Below, piece by piece: positions 8,819 to 19,407 of a DNA stretch of 28,284 nucleotides. Below the pieces are notes generated by a model. It saw only the letters and a program-made list of their open reading frames with translations, had not been told where the DNA came from and did not search any database. Every line of letters begins with the position of its first letter. Position 1 is the stretch's first letter. Origin of the DNA: Candidatus Tepidifontimicrobium thermophilum (GTDB lineage: Bacteria > Sysuimicrobiota > Sysuimicrobiia > Sysuimicrobiales > Sysuimicrobiaceae); the NCBI GenBank assembly GCA_031459915.1, contig JAVKHO010000025.1, forward strand, positions 1 through 28,284, in the 5' to 3' direction. A program made the position numbers and the translations under genes.

Positions 8819-9205
8819 ATGGCAGCGGTCCTAGGAGTGCTGCTGGCTCTGGCCCTGATGGGCACCGCGGTGTACGCGGCGTGGCGGCTCGGGGCACCCA
8901 CGTGGCGACAGGCGATCCAGGAGGCCGACCAGGAGCTGTCGGGCGAAGCCCCGGTGCCGCGCCCCAGCCTGGTGGCGGACGTGGGCGACCACAACCCACC
9001 GCCGCGGCTTTCGTGGAACTGGGCCGCGGCGCTGCTGGGCCCCTTCTGGTACCTGTGGCGCGGGCTGTGGGCGCACTTCTGCGCCCTGGCCGCGGTGGTG
9101 CTGCTGAGCGGCGGGCTCCTGGCTCCCTTCGTGTGGCTGTACTGCGCCCTCAAGGCCAACGAGGACCTGTGGGAGCTGCGCAAGGCCCGCTGGAGCGCGT
9201 ACTGA
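8819..9205 (+). CDS. Small membrane protein, DUF2628-like
   Basis: ATG 8819 after GGAGG. N-terminal TM helix, SWNWAAALLGPFWYLWRGLW motif, two further hydrophobic segments. Confidence 0.7.
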   Translation: MAAVLGVLLALALMGTAVYAAWRLGAPTWRQAIQEADQELSGEAPVPRPSLVADVGDHNPPPRLSWNWAAALLGPFWYLWRGLWAHFCALAAVVLLSGGLLAPFVWLYCALKANEDLWELRKARWSAY

Positions 9206-9232
9206 CGGGGTCTCCGGGGAGTTCCGGGCCAT

Positions 9233-10177
9233 CTAGCCCTGCGGGTACAGCCGCCGGAGGAAACCTTCCTTCCGGCGCCAGTCCTCGCTGACCTTCACCC
9301 ACAGGTCCAGGTACACCGGCCCGCCCACCCAGGCCTCCACCTCGGGGCGCGCCCGGCGTCCGATCTCGCGGATCACGCGGCCTCTTGAGCCCACCAGGAT
9401 CTTCTTCTGGGAAGGCCGCTCCACGTGGAGGGTGGCGCGGATGTAGGTGACCTCACCCCTTTCGGCCTTTCGGAACTCCTCCAGCTCCACCGCGATGGCG
9501 TGCGGGACCTCCTCCCGGGTGAGCTCCATGGCCTTCTCCCGGATGATCTCCCGCACCAGGGCCTGCAGAGGCTGGTCCGTGAGGTCTTCCGGAGAGAAGT
9601 ACGGCGGGCCCTCCGGCAGCCGGCTCACCAGGGCCTCCACCAGCCGGTCCAGCCCCTCCCGTCGCAGGGCGCTCGTCACCAGGACCTCCTCGGGCCGCAG
9701 ACGCTCACCGAGCCACCGCCGCCAGACCTCCAGGCTCTCCGCGGCCGCCAGGTCCCGTTTGTTGAGGGCCACCAGAAGCGGGACCCGGACCCGTCCCGCC
9801 GCCTCCGCGGCCGCCTCCGCCTCGTCCCCCGGGCTGCGGGAGCCGTCCAGGACCAGCAACGCGAGGTCCACTTCTTCCAGGACCCTGCGCGCGCCGCGGA
9901 CCATGTGCTCGCCGAGCTTGTGGCGGGGACGGTGCAGTCCCGGGGTGTCCACGAACACCACCTGCGCCCCGGGAAGGGTGAGGACGCCGCGGAGGGGACT
10001 CCGGGTGGTCTGCGGTACGGGCGAGGTGATGCTCAGTTTCGCGCCCACCAAGGCGTTCAGGAGGGTGGACTTGCCGCTGTTGGGCGGGCCGAACAGCGCC
10101 ACGAACCCCGACCGGTGTCCCGGTAGGGATCCGGGTGCTGACTTCCGGTCCCCTGCCGCGTCCGGCTTCTCGAGCAC
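9233..10177 (-). CDS. era: GTPase Era
   Basis: SGFVAL.GPPNSGKSTL, PQTTR, DTPG, NKRD, EIIREK, EEVPH, KH domain VGSRG, LDLWVKV. Confidence 0.96.
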   Translation of the reverse strand: MLEKPDAAGDRKSAPGSLPGHRSGFVALFGPPNSGKSTLLNALVGAKLSITSPVPQTTRSPLRGVLTLPGAQVVFVDTPGLHRPRHKLGEHMVRGARRVLEEVDLALLVLDGSRSPGDEAEAAAEAAGRVRVPLLVALNKRDLAAAESLEVWRRWLGERLRPEEVLVTSALRREGLDRLVEALVSRLPEGPPYFSPEDLTDQPLQALVREIIREKAMELTREEVPHAIAVELEEFRKAERGEVTYIRATLHVERPSQKKILVGSRGRVIREIGRRARPEVEAWVGGPVYLDLWVKVSEDWRRKEGFLRRLYPQG

Positions 10178-10183
10178 GGACCG

Positions 10184-10192
10184 ATTCTACCA
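10184..10192 (-). promoter_or_regulatory. Putative extended -10 for leaderless era transcript
   Basis: TGgTAGAAT, 6 nt before GTG 10177; no Shine-Dalgarno. Confidence 0.55.
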
Positions 10193-10223
10193 GCCGGTGC
10201 GCAGTGGGCTACCGACCCTCCGG

Positions 10224-10631
10224 TTACCGGTGTTCCTTCGGGCTCCGGAAGGCCCGGGGGAGGAAGTCGGGAAAGGAGTAAACCCGGGTGCGGCCGCGCC
10301 GGCTCAGGACCACGAACTGCGTGCCGAACTCCGCCATAACCTGCCGGCAAGCCCCGCAGGGCGTGAGCTCGCGATCGTCCGGGCCGGCCACCGCCACCGC
10401 CACCACCCGCCGCGCGCCCTCGGAGACCGCCTTGTGGATGGCCACCCGCTCCGCGCAGTTGGACAACCCGTAGGACCCGCACTCCACGTTGCACCCGGTG
10501 TACACGCGGCCCTGCTCGTCCAGCACCGCAGCCCCCACCCGGAAGCGGGAGTACGGCGCGTACGCGAACCGGCGCGCGCGCCGGGCCGCGCGCGCCAGGG
10601 CCTCCGCAGTACCCCGGTCCAGTTCCCTCAC
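10224..10631 (-). CDS. cdd: Cytidine deaminase (homotetrameric, three-Cys type)
   Basis: AYAPYSRFRVGAA, GCNVE, CAER, PCGACRQ. GTGA overlap with the upstream gene. Confidence 0.95.
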   Translation of the reverse strand: MRELDRGTAEALARAARRARRFAYAPYSRFRVGAAVLDEQGRVYTGCNVECGSYGLSNCAERVAIHKAVSEGARRVVAVAVAGPDDRELTPCGACRQVMAEFGTQFVVLSRRGRTRVYSFPDFLPRAFRSPKEHR

Positions 10632-11917
10632 GGGCGCGGCGCGGCCTCCGCGTCCTCCGGTGCCAGCTTCTCCACCCTCAGGCGCGCGATCCGCTGCCCG
10701 TCCAGTTCCTCCACGCGGATCCGGACCCCGTCGTAGGTGAGCTGCTCGCCCTGCTGGGGCACGTGTCCCATCCGGCTGTACACGAACCCGCCCAGGGTGT
10801 CCACCTCGCCCACGGGGAGGTCCAGCCCCAGGCGTTCGTTGACCTCCTCAAGGTGCATCCGGGCGTCCACCAGGGCGGTCCGGTCGTCCAGCATGACCAG
10901 CGGTTCACGCTCCTCCACGTCGTACTCGTCCCGGATCTCGCCCACGATCTCTTCCAGCACGTCCTCGATGGTCACCAGGCCCGCGGTCCCGCCGTACTCG
11001 TCCACGACGATGGCCAGGTGGACCTTCTTCTGGCGCATCTCCTGGAACAGCTCGTCCACCTTCTTCGTCTCGGGCACGTAGTAGGCGGGCCGCATGACCT
11101 CCGCGGCGGTGATCTGGGTCTGGCCGTCCCGCAGGTAGCGGAACAGGTCCTTCACGTACACCACGCCCACGATGTGGTCGATGGTCTCCCGGTACACGGG
11201 GATCCGCGAGTGCCCCTCCTCCAGCACCAGGTCCACGATCTCCCCGAGGGGTGCATCGTGGCGGACCGCCACCACGTCCACCCGGGGCACCATGATCTCC
11301 CGCACCACCGTCTCCCGGAACTCGAAGATGGAGTGGATCATCTCCCGTTCCCCTGCCTCCAGCTCGCCGTTGGCCTCCTCCATGCGGGCCACCAGGTCCA
11401 GCTCGCCCTCGGCTAAGGGGGCTTCGCGCGGGACCTGTACCCGCAGGACCCAGCCCGCGGCCCGGGCCAGCAGCACTACCAGGGCCACCACGGGAGCCAG
11501 AAGCCAGGTAGCAAGGCGGGCGGGCAGCGCGCACCACAGGGCCACACGGTCCGGCGAGCGGGCGGCTGCGGCCCTGGGCAGGGCCTCCACGACCAGCAGG
11601 AACACCGTGCCCGCCACCGCGAAGGCCAACCACGCACCCGCGGAGCCGAACCGGGTCGCCAGGTCGCTGGCCAGGACCACCGCCGCCCCCACGCTGGAGA
11701 GGGCGTGGCCGACCCGAAGGGCGCTCACGAGGCGCGAGGGAGCTTCCACCAGGCGCAACGCCACCGCGGCCGGCAGGTGCCCCTGCTCCGAAAGCTGCCG
11801 TAAGCGCTGGCGGCTGGCCCGCGGCAGGGCGACCTCGGCGAGGGAAAAGAAGGCAGCCACCCCGGCCAGGACGGCGAACAGCAGGTACCGTCCCAGGCTA
11901 CTGCCCGGATCTTCCAC
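10628..11917 (-). CDS. Hemolysin-family CNNM(DUF21)-CBS-CorC/HlyC protein, putative Mg2+/Co2+ transport-related
   Basis: AFFS.AE.A and N-terminal TM helices, VREIMVPR, HSRIPVY, AIVVDEYGGTAGLVTIEDVLEEIVGEI.DEYD, DTLGG. AGGAGG RBS. Confidence 0.92.
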   Translation of the reverse strand: MEDPGSSLGRYLLFAVLAGVAAFFSLAEVALPRASRQRLRQLSEQGHLPAAVALRLVEAPSRLVSALRVGHALSSVGAAVVLASDLATRFGSAGAWLAFAVAGTVFLLVVEALPRAAAARSPDRVALWCALPARLATWLLAPVVALVVLLARAAGWVLRVQVPREAPLAEGELDLVARMEEANGELEAGEREMIHSIFEFRETVVREIMVPRVDVVAVRHDAPLGEIVDLVLEEGHSRIPVYRETIDHIVGVVYVKDLFRYLRDGQTQITAAEVMRPAYYVPETKKVDELFQEMRQKKVHLAIVVDEYGGTAGLVTIEDVLEEIVGEIRDEYDVEEREPLVMLDDRTALVDARMHLEEVNERLGLDLPVGEVDTLGGFVYSRMGHVPQQGEQLTYDGVRIRVEELDGQRIARLRVEKLAPEDAEAAPRP

Positions 11918-11988
11918 TTAAGGCGTTCCTCCTACAGGACGCCCACCGTTGCGCGAGGTGGACGTGGGGCACACCGCCCCGGCGGCGG

Positions 11989-12480
11989 TCATTTTAACAC
12001 GGGCCCCGAGGCCTTCTCAACCGGACCGGACGGCCGGCGCAGCGTCCGCCACGCCGCCGCGCCGGCGGCCGCCACGGCTCCCACCGCGGCCACGGTAGGC
12101 TTGACCCACGTCGCGGGAACTCCCAGCCGCGCCAGCAGCGGCGGGCCCAGCACCACCGCCCCCGCCGCCGCGGCCGCCGCCGCGCCCAGCACCACCGCGG
12201 CCGCGCTGGTGTCCTTCACCCGCCGCGCCACTTCCGACGGCTGCGGCCACAGCCCGTCCACCAGGACCTCCACCGCGGTGTTCACCAGCTCCAGACTCAG
12301 CACCAGCCCGCAGGCCACAGCCAGCAGCGCCACCTCCATGGCGGACGCGTCCACCACCAGGGCCAGCGCCAGCACGCCCGCCGCCACCGCGCACTGGATC
12401 CGCAAGTTGCGCTGGGTGCGGAGGGCGTAGGCGACCCCGCAGCCCGCGGCCCGGAAGGCTTCCGCCAGGGTCCGGTTCAC
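11989..12480 (-). CDS. dgkA: Diacylglycerol/undecaprenol kinase family protein
   Basis: QRNLRI, LELVNTAVEVLVD, VKDTSAAAV. GTG 12480 overlaps the ybeY stop (GTGA); conserved ybeY-dgkA context. Confidence 0.88.
   Translation of the reverse strand: MNRTLAEAFRAAGCGVAYALRTQRNLRIQCAVAAGVLALALVVDASAMEVALLAVACGLVLSLELVNTAVEVLVDGLWPQPSEVARRVKDTSAAAVVLGAAAAAAAGAVVLGPPLLARLGVPATWVKPTVAAVGAVAAAGAAAWRTLRRPSGPVEKASGPVLK
11991..11999 (-). promoter_or_regulatory. Putative internal extended -10 promoter for hemolysin-cdd
   Basis: TGtTAAAAT inside the last dgkA codons, about 70 nt upstream of GTG 11917. Confidence 0.5.
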
Positions 12481-12923
12481 CGCCGCTTCGGCCTCCTCGC
12501 AGTCCACGCACGCACCAGACGCCGCTGCACCTCCCACATGGCCCGGCGCCCGTGCGGGGTTTCGTCCTCGTATCCCAGCAGGTGCAGGGTCCCGTGCACC
12601 GCCAGGAGGGCGACCTCCCGCGCGAGGGGGTGCCGCGCCCGGCGGGCCTGCCGGGCAGCCTGCTCCACGGAGATCACCACGTCGCCCAACAGGCCTCCGG
12701 CTCCGTCCTGCGGGAAGGCCAGCACGTCCGTGGTCCGGTCCTTCCCCCGGTACGCCCGGTTCAGGGACCGCACGGTGGCGTCGTCCGCCAGGACCACGCT
12801 CACCTCCACGGGGCCAGTGACCCCCTGGTCCTGCAGGGTCAGCCGGACCGCCCCGCGGGCAGCCCTGGCGAGGTCACGGGCCCACGCGCGGCCGGCGGCC
12901 CGGTACAGGAATCGCACCGACAC
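12477..12923 (-). CDS. ybeY: rRNA maturation endoribonuclease YbeY
   Basis: LNRAYRGKDRTTDVLAF, LGDVVIS, HGTLHLLGYED. Start uncertain (GTG 12923 or TTG 12953). Confidence 0.92.
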   Translation of the reverse strand: MSVRFLYRAAGRAWARDLARAARGAVRLTLQDQGVTGPVEVSVVLADDATVRSLNRAYRGKDRTTDVLAFPQDGAGGLLGDVVISVEQAARQARRARHPLAREVALLAVHGTLHLLGYEDETPHGRRAMWEVQRRLVRAWTARRPKRR

Positions 12924-14964
12924 CGCGCTGCCGCCGCCGGCGGTGCGCTTCAAGGCTCGCCTCCGGGTACTCCAGGCGCGGGTGGAACATGGACACCAGC
13001 AGCCGGGTGAACACCTGCGTGATGCGCTCCAGGTCTCGGAAGGTGAGGTCGCACTCGTCCAGCTGCCCGTCCTCCAGCCGCTCGTGCACGATCCGACGCA
13101 CCAGCTCCCGGATCCGCTCGGGCGTGGGGTTCTGCACGGAACGGGCCGCGGCCTCCACGCCGTCCGCCAGCATCACGATGGCGGCTTCCCGGGTCTGCGG
13201 CTTCGGCCCCTCGTACCGGAAAGCCTCGGGATCCACAGGCCCCTGCTGTTGCTCCACGGCCCGGTGGTAAAAGTACGCCATCAGGCTGGTGCCGTGGTGC
13301 TGGGGGATGAAGTCCGCTACCACCTTGGGCAAGCGGTACTGGCGGGCCAGCTCCAGCCCGTCCCGCACGTGGGCCGCCACGGCCAGCGCGCTCAAGCTGG
13401 GCGCCATCCGGTCGTGCGGGTTCTGCCCGCCCACCTGATTCTCCACGAAGAAACCGGGCCTGCGCAGCTTGCCCACGTCGTGGTAGTAAGTACCCACGCG
13501 GGCCAGGAGGGGGTCCGCACCCACCGCCTCCGCGGCCGCCTCCGCTAAGTTGGCCACCATGAGGGTGTGGTGGTACGTCCCGGGAGCTTCCAGCTGCAGC
13601 CGCCGCAGGAGGGGGTGGCTGGGGTTGCTGAGCTCGAGGAGCTTGATGGGGGTCACCAGGCCGAAAAGGTCCTCCAGGTACGGAAGCGCGCCGGTGGCGA
13701 GGATCCCGCACAGGACCCCGCCTGCTGCACCCACACCGGCATTGAGGGCCGCGTCGCGGGTCGGCGCTCCGGTCAGGAGGTCCAGCGCCAGCGCGGTGGC
13801 TGCGTTGGCGAGCCCCACCAGGAGGCCCGCGTACGCGAGGTCTGTCCGGCGGTGGATCCGGCGTGCGCTGAACACGCCCACGGCCGCACCCGCGTACGCC
13901 ACCGCCACCAGGCGCAGGTCCTGGGTGCCCAGCGTCCCCGCCAGGACCGCCAGCGCACCGGCGGCGAAGAGCGCCAGTCGGGGATTCACCAGCACCGCCA
14001 GCAGGATGGCCACCGCCGCCGTGGGCACGAGCAGCGGGTGGATCGTGGCCGCCACCAGGCGCGTGCCCGCGGCACCCAGCCACACCAGCAGCCCGGTGAG
14101 CACCAGGAGCTTGGGGCTACTCCACACCTCGGGCTGGAAATAGGCCAGGTAGGCGCCGAGGACGGCCACCAGGGCGGCCACCAGCACCAGGGTGCCGGCC
14201 AGCTTGCTCCACGGCCACGGACCGGTCGCCAGCCCCAGGGCCTGCAGCTTGCGCATCTGTTCGGGTGTGACCACCTCGCCGCGGCGCACCACCACCTCGT
14301 CCTTCAGGACCCGGACCCGGACCGGCTCTACCCCGGCCCGGGCCGCTTCCCGCGCCCGGCGGGTCTGCAGCTCGTCCACCACCAGGTTGGGCCGCAGGGC
14401 ACGGTCCGCCACCCACCTGCTGAACGCCAGAGCCGGCCCCCTGACCCCCTTCTCCCGCAGGATCGGCTCCAGTTGCTGGCGGGCGCCAGACAGGTCCTCC
14501 GGCCTCAGGGGCCGGGCCATCAGCCGGTAGGCGGCCGAGACGGCAGCGTCCAGGGCCGCCACCAGGTGCGTCCTGTCCAGGCTCAGGGCGGCCTCCAGCG
14601 CCTCTGCCTGCAGGCCCAGGCGGCGCAGGCGTTCCCGACGGGCCTCCGGAGACAGGGTGCGGTCCGCCCGCACCGCCAGCACCGACTCCACCAGCCCGCG
14701 CGCTTCCTGCTCGGACCGCTCCATGGCTTCCGGGACCGCCCGGTACGCCACGGGCACAGCTGCCGCCACCTCCTCCCGGACGGCCTCCGTGCGCTCCCAG
14801 TCCACGAACTCCACGGTCCGGGGCGCCACCACGTCCTGCGGGCTCACCGCGCCTGTCCGGAGGGGGACGGCAGGGGGAAAGTACGGCGACACGCCCACCG
14901 CGGCCAGAAGGACCGTGAGGGCGACCAACCATCCGGCCGGATGCCACCGTTTTGGAATCCGCAC
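12874..14964 (-). CDS. pgpH: 7TM-HD (HDIG) phosphohydrolase, PgpH/YqfF-like cyclic-di-AMP phosphodiesterase
   Basis: Extracellular 7TMR-HDED-like region, multiple TM helices, LLELSNP.HPLL, APGTYHH, YYHDVGK, FVENQ, QHHGT, FRYEGPKP, MLADGVEAA, DGQL. Sits upstream of ybeY. Confidence 0.88.
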   Translation of the reverse strand: MRIPKRWHPAGWLVALTVLLAAVGVSPYFPPAVPLRTGAVSPQDVVAPRTVEFVDWERTEAVREEVAAAVPVAYRAVPEAMERSEQEARGLVESVLAVRADRTLSPEARRERLRRLGLQAEALEAALSLDRTHLVAALDAAVSAAYRLMARPLRPEDLSGARQQLEPILREKGVRGPALAFSRWVADRALRPNLVVDELQTRRAREAARAGVEPVRVRVLKDEVVVRRGEVVTPEQMRKLQALGLATGPWPWSKLAGTLVLVAALVAVLGAYLAYFQPEVWSSPKLLVLTGLLVWLGAAGTRLVAATIHPLLVPTAAVAILLAVLVNPRLALFAAGALAVLAGTLGTQDLRLVAVAYAGAAVGVFSARRIHRRTDLAYAGLLVGLANAATALALDLLTGAPTRDAALNAGVGAAGGVLCGILATGALPYLEDLFGLVTPIKLLELSNPSHPLLRRLQLEAPGTYHHTLMVANLAEAAAEAVGADPLLARVGTYYHDVGKLRRPGFFVENQVGGQNPHDRMAPSLSALAVAAHVRDGLELARQYRLPKVVADFIPQHHGTSLMAYFYHRAVEQQQGPVDPEAFRYEGPKPQTREAAIVMLADGVEAAARSVQNPTPERIRELVRRIVHERLEDGQLDECDLTFRDLERITQVFTRLLVSMFHPRLEYPEASLEAHRRRRQRGVGAIPVPGRRPRVGP

Positions 14965-14986
14965 CCGGTGCGCCTCCGTCGCCCCG

Positions 14987-15451
14987 CTATTCTAGCAGCT
15001 GGCCGAGGGCCCGCACGACCGCGCGGCGGTCCTGCGGCCGCCGCACCACCACGAGGATGGTGTCGTCCCCGGCCACGGTACCGGCGATTTCCGGCATCCG
15101 GACCTCGTCGATGGCCGCGGCCACCGCGTTCGCACGGCCCGCCAGGGTCTTCACCAGGACCAGTCCCTCGCCCCAGTCCACCGCGGTGACGAACTCCCGG
15201 AACGCCGCCGCCAGCTTGGCCCGCGCTCCGGGGGAGGGGGCCTGGGGCACGCCCTGCGGCGGCGCGTACCGGTACTGACCCCGCTCGTCGGGCACCTTCA
15301 CCAGCCCCAGGCGCTTGATGTCCCGGGAGACGGTGGCCTGCGTCACCTGCAGCCCCTTCCGGCGCAGGGCCCGTACCAGCTCCGCCTGGGTGCGCACGGG
15401 CTGGGAAGAGACGATCTCCAGAATCAGGCGTTCCCGCTGCGCGCGGTTCAT
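14987..15451 (-). CDS. argR: Arginine repressor
   Basis: TQAELV, VTQATVSRDI, GTVAGDDTI. ATG 15451 overlaps the argH stop (ATGA). Confidence 0.96.
   Translation of the reverse strand: MNRAQRERLILEIVSSQPVRTQAELVRALRRKGLQVTQATVSRDIKRLGLVKVPDERGQYRYAPPQGVPQAPSPGARAKLAAAFREFVTAVDWGEGLVLVKTLAGRANAVAAAIDEVRMPEIAGTVAGDDTILVVVRRPQDRRAVVRALGQLLE
14989..14997 (-). promoter_or_regulatory. Putative extended -10 promoter for the pgpH-ybeY block
   Basis: TGcTAGAAT at the end of argR, then GGAGG and GTG 14964. Confidence 0.5.
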
Positions 15452-16917
15452 AGGCCCTGGAGGAGCTTTCCCTGCCGGTAGGCAGCGTACACAGGCGGGT
15501 CGGCTGCCGCGGCGAGCCACGCCCGGGTGGTCTCTACCTCGCGGCGGGCCGCCTCAAGTTGCTCCGCGACCCGCTCAGGAGCCGGTCCTCCGTGGGACCG
15601 CCGGGCCCGGCCCGCACCCTCCGGCCGCAGGGCGTCGTAAACGTCCGCCTCCACCTGCGGGCAGCAGGACTGCAGCACGTCCAGCGAAAGCTCCCACAGC
15701 TCACAGCCGCGGGCTTCCGCCTCCCGCACCGCCCTGCCCGCCTGCTCATGCGCCTGACGGAAGGGCACCCCGCGCCGGACCAGGTAGTCCGCCAGGTCGG
15801 TGGCCGTGAGGAACCCACCCTCCAGCGCCCGGGCCATGCGGTCCGGCCGGTACCGGATCCCCGCAGCCAGTACCCGGGCCGCCTCCAGGCAGCCCGCGGC
15901 GGTGTCCAGCGCGTCGAACAGCATCTCCTTGTCTTCCTGCAGGTCGCTGTTGTACGAAAGGGGCAGCCCCTTGAGCACCGACAGCAGCCCCGCCAGCGCC
16001 GCACTCCCCCGTCCGGCCTTCGCGCGGATCAGCTCGGCAACCTCCGGGTTCTTCTTCTGGGGCATGAGGCTGGACCCTTTGGCCACGGTGTCGTCCAGCT
16101 CCACGAACCCGAACTCCGCGGAACTCCACAGGACCACCTCTTCCGCCCACCGGGACAGGTGCACCAGCAGCACCGCGGCGGCAAACGCAGCCTCCAGCAC
16201 GAAGTCCCGGTCCGCCACCGCGTACAGGCTGTTGGGGAACAAGACGGAAAAGCCCAGCCAGTACGCGCTCCGCTCCGGGCGGACAGGTAGCGGGCTGCCG
16301 GCCAGGGCGCCGGCGCCCAGCACCGAAACCCCCGCGTGGTGGTGCGCGGCCTGCAGCCGCCGCGCGTCCGCGTTGAGGGCCCACACGTGGGCCAGCAGGT
16401 GGTGGGCCAGGCTCACGGGCTGCGCCCGCTGCAGGTGGGTGTAGCCGGGCATCCAGGTCTCCAGGTGCCCGGAAGCCTGGTGGACCCAGACCTCCTGCAG
16501 TTCGGCCACCCGTCCCACCAGCTCCCGCAGGCGGTCCCGGACGTACAGCCGCAGGGCGGTGGCCACCTGGTCGTTGCGGCTGCGGGCCGTGTGCAGCTTC
16601 CCTGCCGCCTCACCCACCCGCTGTCGCAGGACCCGCTCGATCCACGTGTGGACGTCCTCCTCGGTCCCCTCCACCGCCAGGCGGCCTTCCTCCACGTCCC
16701 GGAGGATCCCCGCGAGACCCTCCAGCACCGCTCGGGCGTCGTCGCCCGTGAGGATGCCGGACTCTGCCAGCATGCGGGCGTGCGCCAGGCTGCCGACCAG
16801 GTCGTGCCGGACCAGCCGGCGGTCGAAGGGAAGCGAGGCGGTGAACCGGTGCAGGGTCGGGTCCAGGTCGGCCCCGAACCGGCCGCCCCACAGCTTACCC
16901 GGCTTGCCCTCGGACAT
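15448..16917 (-). CDS. argH: Argininosuccinate lyase
   Basis: KLWGGRF, LHTARSRNDQVAT, PGYTHLQRAQP, GSSLMPQKKNP, YNSDLQEDKE, ATDLADYLV. Confidence 0.97.
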   Translation of the reverse strand: MSEGKPGKLWGGRFGADLDPTLHRFTASLPFDRRLVRHDLVGSLAHARMLAESGILTGDDARAVLEGLAGILRDVEEGRLAVEGTEEDVHTWIERVLRQRVGEAAGKLHTARSRNDQVATALRLYVRDRLRELVGRVAELQEVWVHQASGHLETWMPGYTHLQRAQPVSLAHHLLAHVWALNADARRLQAAHHHAGVSVLGAGALAGSPLPVRPERSAYWLGFSVLFPNSLYAVADRDFVLEAAFAAAVLLVHLSRWAEEVVLWSSAEFGFVELDDTVAKGSSLMPQKKNPEVAELIRAKAGRGSAALAGLLSVLKGLPLSYNSDLQEDKEMLFDALDTAAGCLEAARVLAAGIRYRPDRMARALEGGFLTATDLADYLVRRGVPFRQAHEQAGRAVREAEARGCELWELSLDVLQSCCPQVEADVYDALRPEGAGRARRSHGGPAPERVAEQLEAARREVETTRAWLAAAADPPVYAAYRQGKLLQGL

Positions 16918-16927
16918 CCGCGACGGT

Positions 16928-18166
<1,239 letters not shown>

Positions 18167-18171
18167 CCCGC

Positions 18172-19407
18172 TCACCTCCTTTCCACGGCTTCCGCCGCAC
18201 CCTCTGGAGGCTGCGCCGTCACCGCCTCTAGGGCCTCCTCCAGGATCCCCACGGCCCGGTCCACCTCCTCCTCGGAGACCACCAGGGGCGGACACAACCG
18301 CAGCGTGTTCGGGCGCACCGCGTTCACCAGCAGGCCCCGCTGGCGGCAGCTGGCCTCCACCGCCGCCGCCTCCACCTTCAGGTCCACCGCCACCAGCAAC
18401 CCGACCCCGCGCACCTCGCTCACCGCGGGCTGCCGGCTCGCCAGGGCCCGCAGCTGCGCCTGGAGCCGCTCGCCCACGCTAGCCGCGTGGTCCACCAGCT
18501 TCTCCGCCTCCAGGGTGTCCAGCACCGCGCACACCGCGGCCGCGCTCAGGGCGTTGCCGCCGAAGGTGGAGCCGTGGTCGCCCGGGCCGAAGGCCGCCGC
18601 CACCTCCTCCCGCGCCAGCACCGCGCCCACGGGCACGCCACCCCCCAGTCCCTTCGCCAGGGTGACCACGTCGGGAGCCAGCCCGTAGCGCTGGAAGGCG
18701 AACCACGCTCCCGTGCGGCCCACCCCCGTCTGCACCTCGTCCAGCATGAACAGGATGCCCTTCTCCCGACACAGCTCCTGCAGCCCGCGCAGGTAGTCGG
18801 GGTCCCCGGGGATCACCCCGCTCTCCCCCTGCACGGGTTCCATCAGCACCGCGCACGTAGTAGGCCCCACCGCCTCCGCGGCCGCGGCCAGATCGTTGTA
18901 GGGGACGAAGCGGAAGCCTGCGGGCAGCGGCTCGAAGCCCTGGTGGTAGCGCGGGTTTCCGGTGGCGGCCAGGGTGGCCAGGGTGCGGCCGTGGAAGCTG
19001 TTGTGGGCCACCACGATCTCGTGCGCTTCCGGACCCCGGTGCTGCTTAGCCCACTTGCGGGCCAGCTTGATGGCCGCCTCGTTGGCCTCCGCCCCGCTGT
19101 TGCAGAAGAACACCCGATCCAGCCCCGACCGCTCTGCCAGCCGCCGAGCCGCCTGAGCCTGTTCGGGGATGTGGTAGAGGTTGGACACGTGCACGTAGCG
19201 GCTCGCTTGATCCGTCAGGGCCTGGACCAGGGCGGGGTGGGCGTGGCCCAGGCTGGTGACCGCGATCCCCGCCACGAAGTCCAGGTACTCGCGTCCTTCG
19301 AGGTCCCACAACCGCGCGCCGCGCCCGCGGGCGAAGGCCACGGGGATCCTCCGGTAGTTCTGGAACAGGTACCGTTGCGACCACTGGATGACGGCCTCGG
19401 TGTCCAT
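18172..19407 (-). CDS. argD: Acetylornithine aminotransferase
   Basis: YLDFVAGIAV, NSGAEANEAAIKLAR, SFHGRT, EPVQGE, DEVQTG.GRTG, LAKGLGGG, HGSTFGGN; operon context. Confidence 0.95.
   Translation of the reverse strand: MDTEAVIQWSQRYLFQNYRRIPVAFARGRGARLWDLEGREYLDFVAGIAVTSLGHAHPALVQALTDQASRYVHVSNLYHIPEQAQAARRLAERSGLDRVFFCNSGAEANEAAIKLARKWAKQHRGPEAHEIVVAHNSFHGRTLATLAATGNPRYHQGFEPLPAGFRFVPYNDLAAAAEAVGPTTCAVLMEPVQGESGVIPGDPDYLRGLQELCREKGILFMLDEVQTGVGRTGAWFAFQRYGLAPDVVTLAKGLGGGVPVGAVLAREEVAAAFGPGDHGSTFGGNALSAAAVCAVLDTLEAEKLVDHAASVGERLQAQLRALASRQPAVSEVRGVGLLVAVDLKVEAAAVEASCRQRGLLVNAVRPNTLRLCPPLVVSEEEVDRAVGILEEALEAVTAQPPEGAAEAVERR

Noticed and set aside
7017..8834. 605-aa plus-strand ORF
   Set aside because: Runs antisense across two tRNAs and three CDSs.
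18167..18295. N-terminal extension of ArgG in the ORF track
   Set aside because: Lies inside argD; homology and the AAGGAGGTGA RBS point to a start at 18166-18175.
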